NCBI GenBank assembly: GCA_002633005.1
Contig: NMRA01000001.1
Span: forward strand, 1,707,755 to 1,771,754
Origin: Phoronis australis
Lineage: Eukaryota; Animalia; Phoronida
Direction of reading: 5' to 3'
Length of the DNA: 64,000 bases
Part shown: in pieces, positions 12,377-22,500 of the stretch
How positions within the stretch are numbered: position 1 is the first letter of the stretch
Layout: every line of letters begins with the position of its first letter
Notes under the pieces: model-generated
Database searches by the model: none
What the model was told of the DNA's origin: nothing
The model's input: the letters and a program-made list of their open reading frames with translations, nothing else
Translations under genes and position numbers: made by a program

Positions 12377-13578
12377 CTAACGCTTCGTATTCTGCCGCGC
12401 TCGTCGGTTTTCCTCTTCGGAGAGCCGCTGGGTGATGTACATGTATGCACGCGTCACGCACGGCCCTGTCCCGGTCACTGTGACCACGCGATTCTGAGTG
12501 CCCGGTTTGAATACGCCCTTCTTGGAGATTTGGATGTTGGCACCTGTCTGGTGCTGAATCTCCAGTATGCCCCGCCCACCCAGACCCAGGATGACGCCCA
12601 CTAGGTTCTCAGACACCTCGATCTCCTTCCTTGTAAGCTCGTCAACATCTGGTTCATCAAGCAATTTGTCGTCCATATCCATACCAAGACCGAATGAATT
12701 CTTATTCATAGGTTCACGATCGCCAACGAAACCAGTCCGCCCGAAGCTGAAATCCCCAAACATGTCACCAGAGGACGACGTTCCCCCGAACAGCGCGCTC
12801 ATTTGGCTCGGCTCGCCCATGCCGCTCGGGTTGCTGCCCACGGGTCCGAACAGGCTGCCACTGTTGCCACTGTTCGTGTTCATACCCCCACCACCAAGAC
12901 TGGTTCCGCTGTTGGAGCCTGCCAAAAGGTTAGTGCCCGAGTTGGACAGATTGGTGCCACTGCCGCTTCCCCCCATACCGGTCGATGCAGACGCACCCAG
13001 CGAGGCGATATTTCCCAACAAATTGGCCATGAGACTCCCTAACAGGCCTCCACCCTGGTTCATGCCCAGATTGAAGAAGCCATAGTTGGCCAGTGTGGCT
13101 AAAGCACTCGTGATCTCCTCAGTAGCCAGCTCAGAATAACCACTACCTCTTAGTGTTGACTTGATGTTCTCAGTCGCCATGTTAGGAAGTCGCTGGTGGT
13201 GGTGCTGCTGATGCTGCTGCGACTGCTGCTGGTGGTGATGCATGTTTTGCTGGTTGCTGATGTTCAAGTTATTCATCTGCCCGCGGATGTTAGCCCCACT
13301 CAGGCTGCCGTTTCCACCACCGGAGTTCTGCAGTCCGCCACCAATCACGCCAGTACCAGTCCCACGGAAGGGGCCACCGCCCATCATCCCTGCACTGGCC
13401 GGGCCTGAACCCATGCCCTGGCCAGGGCCACTGGCAAACGGTGAGCCCGTAGGGTTGGAGCTGGCCACCGGACCGGTCACTTCGGAGTAGCTGATATTGA
13501 GGCAGCTGCCACTCTGAGGGTCTTCAGCAATCTTCTCCAGAATCATTTGCGTGGCCTGGCGAGTCTGGTCTGGCTCAC
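12377..13578 (-). CDS. nova: Nova large exon: end of KH2, low-complexity linker, KH3, stop
   Basis: tgttgtag|GT GAG CCA...; open frame to TAG at 12379-12377; GC-rich coding composition; KH3 at the C-terminus. Confidence 0.95.
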
Positions 13579-16500
13579 CTACAACATTCATGTGAGTAAA
13601 TGGAGCAACAGTGACACGATCAACACATTATGTCTCATTACGGAACCAGACAACATCATATGTCTCATTACAGAACCAGACAACAACATTATATGTCTCA
13701 TTACGGAACCAGACAACATTATATGTCTCATTACGGAACCAGACAACAACATTATATGTCTCATTACGGAACCAGACAACAACATTACATGTCTCATTAC
13801 GGAACCAGACAACAACATTATATGTCTCATTACAGAACCAGACAACAACGTTAATAACTTGGCAGAAAGAAAACAGTGTTTGGCTATAAAATGTGTACGA
13901 AGGGTAAGGAACAATGGAACACGAAATGTAAGGAGAAAATGTCAACTTCCAAGCCAGTTTGAAACAAGATCACACGTCAAAGAATGAGTATCAGTAGGTG
14001 ATGGTGACTTACACAAGACAATTATTGGAGTGATGGTATTTAATCTTTTTCTGTTTAGCCCCAGCATTAATGCAAGCCCAGAATATAACTTGTTACATTA
14101 CATGCACCAAAGTCTCAAGGATGCCAGCAGTCACACCAACGCACATTTCTGTTCTAAGATCCTTTATAACCACTCACCAGCGACTGTAATGCACCTCTCG
14201 GACAGGTTAAGGTCCTTAGATTTCTGCGAGATTTGAACGTAGGCACCACTTTGTTCCTTGATCCGCCGAATGAACACACCACACTTTCCAATGATCATAC
14301 CAGCTGTGCTGTTGGGTACCAGAATCTTCACCTGTGATAAAACCAAAGGTAAGTCCCAAACTTAAATGATACGCACAGAAAATAATCCAACCTCAGCGGT
14401 TATTACCAGCCATAACAACGGAGTGCAAATGGAATTCCCCCTTGTGACAGTAGAATTGAACGTCATGCATAGCCATCTGCCAAGACAGGGAACTTACCGG
14501 AAATTTAATAACGTGAAAAAGCCATACATTTTCCTATAGTTAGGATACAATCAAGAGTAAATTACATTTATAATATCTTATGAAGCTGCAGCTCAAAGAT
14601 GAATGATACACGAAAGCCTATATACAATGGGTCACCGTCACCACAATTTGATGAGAGAGTTGCACTTTTGTGTAGCTGTACGAGTTATAAAATGTCCAGT
14701 TGCATTAAAAATCGGAATTCACCTTCACGACAGTTGCGTGGAAGCCGAATTCATCGTCAATGTAGCCTTCCTTAATGAGCGAGAACGAAGGAGAATTAAC
14801 AGGAAAGTTCATAAGGAGGCTAGGTCCTTCTGCAATTACAATTTTGCCCCCAAAATGTTTATTAACTCATTTTTAAATGCCCACATATTCATATTTGGGT
14901 GCATATTGCTGTCATCTCTGTCTGGGCATCCAGGCATCTGCATCTCCTAAATCCCTTGCAGGATCTTGGCAGGTGCATTCCTATGGGGTTCACAACAGAG
15001 GGCGACAAGTTTCGGACCGACCCGAATACCGCTGTGCCTCCTAGTTTAAGTTGTTACGTTACCCTCTGTATCTTCAAAGGTCCTCAACCAATTTTCATGA
15101 AATTTGCCAAATAGGCATGTGTTAATGAGATGACTCTACAATTTCATTTTCGGATGGATTCAAGGCATTTTGCTTCACCTAGAAGCCATATCAACCAAAC
15201 CCCTCTTAGAAGAATGATTGTGAAAATTGTCATGTATGTTCTTACTATGAAGAGGACGGATGGCGACGACATTCTAACGACTTCGACTACTGTGCTGCCT
15301 CCTAGTGCCAGTTTTGGTTTTTTGCGCCCATGGCTGTATCTCCTTAACACTATGCAGGATCGTTACTTAATTTAGCAAGTGTATTTATGGGAATATGACA
15401 ACGGACGACGACTTTCGGACATATTTGACTACCGGTGTTCCCCCTAGTGGCAATTTTAGTTTTTTGTGTTTAATTCTACATCTTCAATGGTCTTTAACAG
15501 ATTTTCATAAAATTTCGAATATAGGCATCTGTCAGTGAGATGACACCAACCTTACTTTTTTGGATGGAATTGAGGTATTTTGCACCACCTAATGGCCATT
15601 TTTGCTGTTTTTGAGTCTGCCCTCTATCAACCAAACCATTCAAAGAAGGATTGTGAAAATTGGCAAAGATGTTCTTAGTGTGAAGAGGATGGTTGACGAT
15701 TATTATCCGACTTTGACTGCTGTGGCGCCTCCTAGTGGCAGTTTTTTGCGTTCATACCTGTATCTCCTTAACCTACAGCAGGATCTTTATTAAATTGAGC
15801 AAGTGTATTTACATGAAGTTGACAACGGACGAGGATGACTTTCAGACGAATCCAGCGAACGCTGTGCCCCCTTGAGGCAATTTTTTTTCTGTTTTACTTT
15901 GCTTCTCAGAAGTTCCTTGACATATTTTTATGAAATTTGGTAATAAGCTTTCTATTAAAGAAGCGATGGCACGTTCCCGTTTTCGGAAGGATTTGATTTT
16001 TGCGCCATCTAGTGGCCATTTTTATAATACAAATATACACCGCCAGAAGCACACCTTTAGAGATACACTCGTGGGCACATTACAACACTCCGCATTGGTC
16101 TTGTTGCTGTTAACAGATTCAGCTGTCGTAACAATTTCGTCCGATTACCTTCGTCTTGCAGTTGTCTCTAGCCTGTGGTTTTTGAAAATTGATGCGGTTG
16201 CGTGGAATTTTTAGTTTTTCATTATTTGAAACAGTCCACCTGAACTGAACAGAAGCAATGCGGGTTCCTATTATGTTCTTTTCTTTATTCAACTGAAACC
16301 AGTTTCACTCTAGCAGCACTCATCGTGCGAGGCACTAGGTCATACAGCTGACTTAGTAAGCTACTGCATTTAAAACCTTATTGCATATGTTTATGTGGCT
16401 TTCGAAAAAATCCTAGATCTTGGCTGAAATTGACGTGGATAGGCATTTTTTTTAAGTAGTGAGGGGCAGGTTTCAAAATAACCCAGGAGACGGAGCAGAA

Positions 16501-19500
16501 ACAGCACTTTTTGGACTTACCAGTCATTTTCAGCCAGAACAAGCCAGAAAAAATTTACATATGGAGTTCACTGCCATGACAAGGACACAGAATATTGTCT
16601 GTTTTCTTTTGGCACGTACTGTAGTTCAGACGGTTCAGTAATAAACCAGTTAAAAACAAATTGTTTAAAAGCAACAGATAAAAACAAGTACAGGCAATCG
16701 CATCTTAAATTCATTCAAACATAATCAAGCTGGTGATATCCATCAGCTTTTCACACACGGACCATTTCATAGGCGGTACTTTTCAAAGCGCGACTGCATT
16801 ATAATTTCCTTCTGATCCACTTATCCCACCTGTTTGTGTCGTTCCAAGTTAACCTTGCCGTCAATCTCACTCTTGGGGTTGGGGTCGGGCTTCTCACGTA
16901 TCCTCTCCATCATGAAGTTGTGCACCTGTATGATGGCCTCCATGGAGCCTGTGATGAGACAGACGCGCTCGTTTGTACCTGGAACAGAATTCATGAAAGA
17001 AATGGAACACCACATAAATCCGATACTGTGCCTGAGCTACATACAAGAAGACAGACCAGACAACACGCCTTCAATATAATAATCCGGAGACATGAGGCAA
17101 GTGTAATAAAAGTGAAGGATCGTTCTCGCGCAGCTAAAATGCAGAACACACAGGAAAAGATGAAAAAAATAACCAACGGAAAATTCAAACTAGTCAGGAA
17201 TTCCACAATTCATGAACATGTTTGAAAGTTTGTTTCTATACAGTGTGGAGTTCGTATGTCAAGTCTGGTAATAACTGCATTGAACTAGTGCCAAAAGTCC
17301 AAAATTACTTACTTTGCTTAAGAAACAACCAATCCCTCAAAATTTCAAACTTGGTGTATAGCTTTTCAAACTTGACGCTAAACCTACCTATATTCAAATT
17401 TGTCACTGCCACGAGTCAAAATGGGTTGTGAAGAACACCGACATTCAAGTATTCCTACCTGGATAGAAATCATTGGACTTCGACATTTTCACCTTAGCAC
17501 CAGCATCTTTCTGCACCTGAGCAATAGTCTCTCCCCCCTTTCCAATGATCGCTCCCGCCGCCACGCTCGGTACGAGAACCTTCAGGTGAACCATGTCGGC
17601 TGAAAAAAGTGTAAACCTCAAACTACACCAAGGGCGGGTAAGAAATAATTTACTGGACGTATCACTACTGAAGGATACCACAAATCCACTGTGTCTTTCC
17701 ATAACAGCTGGCGGATCTTTATCTAAAGACTGAAAACTGCCAAAATTTGTGATATGGGTGCAATTGTATTGCGATGGGTGCAATGTTACACTAAATATGT
17801 GCCCATCAGGTACACCACATTGTTAAGAAAAGCAAGACTTCATTTCTCTGGCTGTATTTCTTAAATGTAAGAGATGTTATGGTCGTGTGTTCTAGATTTT
17901 CTATATCACACACAAACTACTGCCATCTATTGTTGAAATAAAGAACTCTGTGTTGCAAGATGGCATTGTGTTGCTGATTGTTATATAGCAATCTCTTAAC
18001 TGGGCCTAAGTGGACATGTTTGTAAAGTCCAATCGCTAACAATGAGAGAATGACATTTTCAACAAAATTTGAACTATGGGATTATTATTATAAATTATTG
18101 AGACATGCAAGAAGTCAAGGAATTGACAAAACATTGCACTAAATTCTGACATTTTAGCCAAAAATAAAGCTTAAAAATGCTTGCAAGTAGTCATGTGCTC
18201 AAATAATCATTTTCCGACACAGCGGCGCACGATGAAATAAGCCTCGACACTATATAGCTACAGGGTCGTTGATAAACAGCAATCAGCATTCCTGTATGGA
18301 TACAAGTATAGTGGGATGTTTAATGGAGTTTTTATAGAAATTCTTTGCGGCCACGATGTCATCAAATTGCCACTGTTGTGCGGTAGGATATTCACACAAT
18401 TTACACCAAAAATGCCCGAAATCTCAAAATATCTGCGAATGAAGGAAATGTGCTTTGTCCTTTGTCAAGTTCTCAAGAAACATTTTTGACAGTTTCAAGA
18501 CTATGATGAGATTTTTGAAACGACTAGTCTAATTTACAGCTAGTGTACACGGCTACTACTGCTTCGGTTTCCATGGCAATCTCACTTTTACTTTTTTCTT
18601 TTAAAACAGAAAAAGTTTACATCTTAGTACGATCTCAGTTTGTTGCCCGACATCTAATGCAATATTATATTGTGATTCTGAAGCCACTTAATTTTTTCAA
18701 AAACGATTCAACTTGTAATATAAAGAAACCACAAGAAGAATTCACTGACCACTTGCCTAAGAAGATTGCCTACTACTGGTACTCCAAATATTAAAATCTC
18801 CGCTAGATTCCCTGTTAAGCGAAGAACTGTCAATACCTAACATACCATTAATTTACCATCTGAAACATAGCATACTACTTGCATACCTAAAAAAATTCCC
18901 AATGACTTACCACGAGGAGCATCCCCAGAGTGTCTCATGGATGAATCATCCCAACTGGACGTTCCCATATCTGTTCCATCATCTAAATACAAGAAAAAAC
19001 ACACAGTTTGGCAGCACAAACATGAAGCATCACTCCCATTTAAAACTTATACAAATCTGCTTACTCGCAAGTTTCTAAAATGGTGCAGTAACTTGGAACC
19101 ACTTTCCACAAACGAGAAAGCATGTTTTGGTCAAGTGAAATTGCATTTTTAACATACCGGGATTTTCCGTAGATGAGCCCGTGGACGTGCATTTGGAAAC
19201 TGAAAATTTTCAGGCGTTTTAATAACACCAAATAAATGCCAGGGCGTTCATTTGGAAAAGACGGGCATGTAAACAGAAAGACATAGTTTTGCTGACTTTT
19301 GACATTTTTTACTTAAAACTGTGTTTTTAAATCTTATGATATTAAATGCGTAGTTTATCAACACTTTGTTGGTTTTCAAAGATGATAAACACTCCACAAA
19401 ACTGAATTTGCGACAAAAAGTTGACGCTGAGTGGGCTTTTAAGAGGAAATTTTTCAAATAAACGCCACGCTATCTGGACACTTGACACCAGAAGTTGTAA

Positions 19501-22500
19501 CACCAAATAAATGCCCGCAGGCATTTATTCAGCATAATTTTCTGCATATGGGCGTTTCATCGGGTGGGCTACTCTACGGAAATTCCTGGTAACAATTCTT
19601 GTACATGTATATTTGAGAATTTAGGCCCATGCTGTTTTGGTTAGTGGGAAAACATAACTAAATCAGCCATCGCAACTCTTCTTGGATTTAGTCTGCGGAT
19701 GCGTGAAGCTACTCTGCAATGAAAAAAGTTAACTCCAATCCAATGGAGGTGATCTCTAGAGGTCATGATGCACATCAGTTACTCAATTGAGAGTGTGAAT
19801 CAACTATGCCAGATGGTATTAACTAGTTACTTGTTCAGGGTAAGGCTTTGATCATAGGGTGGGTATTTTAATGAATTTCACTTTCGTACGGGCAAGTTTT
19901 GGGAAAGTTCACTACGTTATGGTTATGTTTTGAAGGGTAAATGTACTGTGATATACTTCGAAAGGGTGGGGGTGTTTTGGTTACCTAGGTACCACAAAGT
20001 ATAAATACAAAACTTCCGAACAATGTGGTTAAAAACGACAAAATAAAACTAGGCATGTACTTAATGACATTAAACACTACAAAGCAAACAGGTTATGGTG
20101 CTAAAAAATGGTCAGACCATTATTCTTCTGCCGTGACAGTACGTGTTGCATTTCAGCACCATGAAACAGAATGAAACCTGGGTAATTGCCCTTTTTTCCT
20201 CGATTCTTTGACAAACAGCTTCGACAAGGATGCGTATAGTTCACAGCAAATTGCCGAAATTGGTTTCACTTCCTTACAAGTTGTTATAAGTACGTACAGC
20301 AAACCGGATTTCTGAGCAAAATATATGTCATCATCTCCCAAAAGATTTTGTAAAAAAATGAGCAAATGGTGTGTGCACGTGTTACCAGCATACTGTTTCC
20401 AAGTCAACAAACTTGTTCTTGTTACAAAAGACAATGTTTAAAATTCACATTAACGGCTGCGACGGGCAAGATGAGTGTCCATTCATTGACCGTGAGACTT
20501 CGCTAGCGCCCTGTTCGGTCATGAACTCTACATGTTTTGCATGTTTCACAACCATACGCCGATCAGAGCTACCTGGACGGTGTATAATTTCGAGTCCTAT
20601 TTGTCAAATTTACACACATCGTTCCCTATCTAGCTGTATTTTGCTAGTAGTCATTCCCAATAAGCTAACTGGATGGCTGGATTTTAGGAGTCCTTGGAAC
20701 AAAGCATACTAGTACTTAAAACATATGTACCCATGTTTCTGGGACTTATATACAGGCACTCTCATCAGCTGCTCGAGGTTATATTAAATATAGAGAAAGA
20801 TATGCAACTGCTATACAAAACAGTCGCCACCAGGCACTTCCGGAACAACTCAAAGCATATTAATCTGGGGGTAATTTATGTCACACATTTAATCTGCGAG
20901 TGTAACACTTTCAATGGTTACATTTGTTGATATCAACACCCATAAATACCATTAGTCCCTCCAGATTTTCAGTAACATTCACGGCAAAGCGTCTTTACTG
21001 ACCTTCATCATTCACATCAACCAATGCACATGCTCGTTAGGCCGCTCAAACCATCGCCAATGAACCCGTACTTCAACTAAACACTAAAACATTAGATGCA
21101 GAGCACATCCCGATACGCAGAGGCTCGGTGACGGCAATTCACAATCGTGATGAGATGAACACAGTTCAATCTGATAAGAGCACAAAGACATGGTTGGCTC
21201 TGGTTCGTAGTTCGACTCATTTTGCAAACACTATTTAATCAATTCATCACATACATGTACTTCTTCTGTGTTGTACTTGATGGTTAGAAGGTACGGAAGG
21301 AAATTTGAAGGCAACTGGAAAAGTTGGCCCGTTCTGCTTGTACCCAGTCAGCATGCTCCTGGAGTACTCTGTCTCTGCTGTTGCTGTTTTTATTTGATCA
21401 ATGTAAGCATTCTGGTGATTTTGTAAGTGGCCCGACGAGCATACGCATTTTTTGATATGAATGGAGAAAGTCAGCAGAGATGCTTTGTCGTGAAAGTTGC
21501 CGATTGAATTCGGAAAATCTGAAGGTACCAATGGTATAACTAGTGAACGTGCAGCCAATACTCAGCTCTTAAACAGAGCTGAAGGGCCACCGGAGGATTT
21601 TTCACTGATTGGTGAAATGGACATAAACCAAAAGAATGGGAGGAAATTCTTGATCAGTATGTTAGTACCAACGAAATTGAATTCACTTGATATATTCAGG
21701 GAACCATAAACGGCCTCATCAGTTATATTTCACCTCTTTTTACCTTTCTCTAACAATGACGAATCATCTCAGTTTTTGACCTAATGACATCATGTAGTGA
21801 CCTAAATCCCAGCCAATCAACCAAGTGAATGCTTCAGTTCCTGAGTTCACAACCATGCAAACGGTGGAGTGATATGTAAATAGTAAAAAGTTGAATCTTC
21901 GAGTGGATAAGTTCTTTCGAAGGGCTTGATTTTTGTGCAGTTATCTTCACCATATATTTTTTGCACATAATTGTGTTCATGTGATCACAATTTCGACCTG
22001 TGCAGATTAATATTTTGGTGTGCACTTAGAGTGTGATACGTATGACTGAATACTACACTTTCACTGTAGTAACTGTACGGACTCCTGACTCTATATATAT
22101 CAAGGCCATTTTAAGGGTTGGTTTACGGAGTAGTGAATCTGTTGCAGTCGCAGATAAAATATGTTGCAAATTACTCTCACATTCACATGCTTTGAGTACT
22201 TTTGGAAATGCCTAGTAGGCACCATATTACATGGTAGTTGTATACTTTTCTTTATTATAGCCAGCCGTCAAGCGGATCCGCTGATTAAGAGCCTTGGGTA
22301 ATGTTATCAAACTGTTTTCTTTAGCCAGCCAGCTAGCTGTATGAAGACTGTCGTCAAAATACAGCAAGGTACCACTGTGTGTATTTCTTCCGTAGACTCC
22401 GAAATTGCACGCAGCCAGGGTTGTTCTGCTCGTCACCGCGCGTGAAACTTGTATCAACATGTAAAGTTAAAGACCATACGGGGTGCATGCAAAATCTGGG

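Noticed and set aside
12365-12379. Stop-codon readthrough of Nova
   Set aside because: TAG-G is a poor readthrough context and a second TAG follows after three codons.
12567-13490. Plus-strand Pro-rich ORFs (172, 79, 70 and 82 aa)
   Set aside because: Antisense shadows of the GC-rich, Gly-rich Nova exon.
13547-13987. Repeat-protein ORFs (ITEPDNN, MSHYGTRQQH) or a CRISPR-like array
   Set aside because: This is a head-to-tail minisatellite with no unique spacers. Units are multiples of 3, so several frames stay open. It lies in a Nova intron and there are no cas genes.
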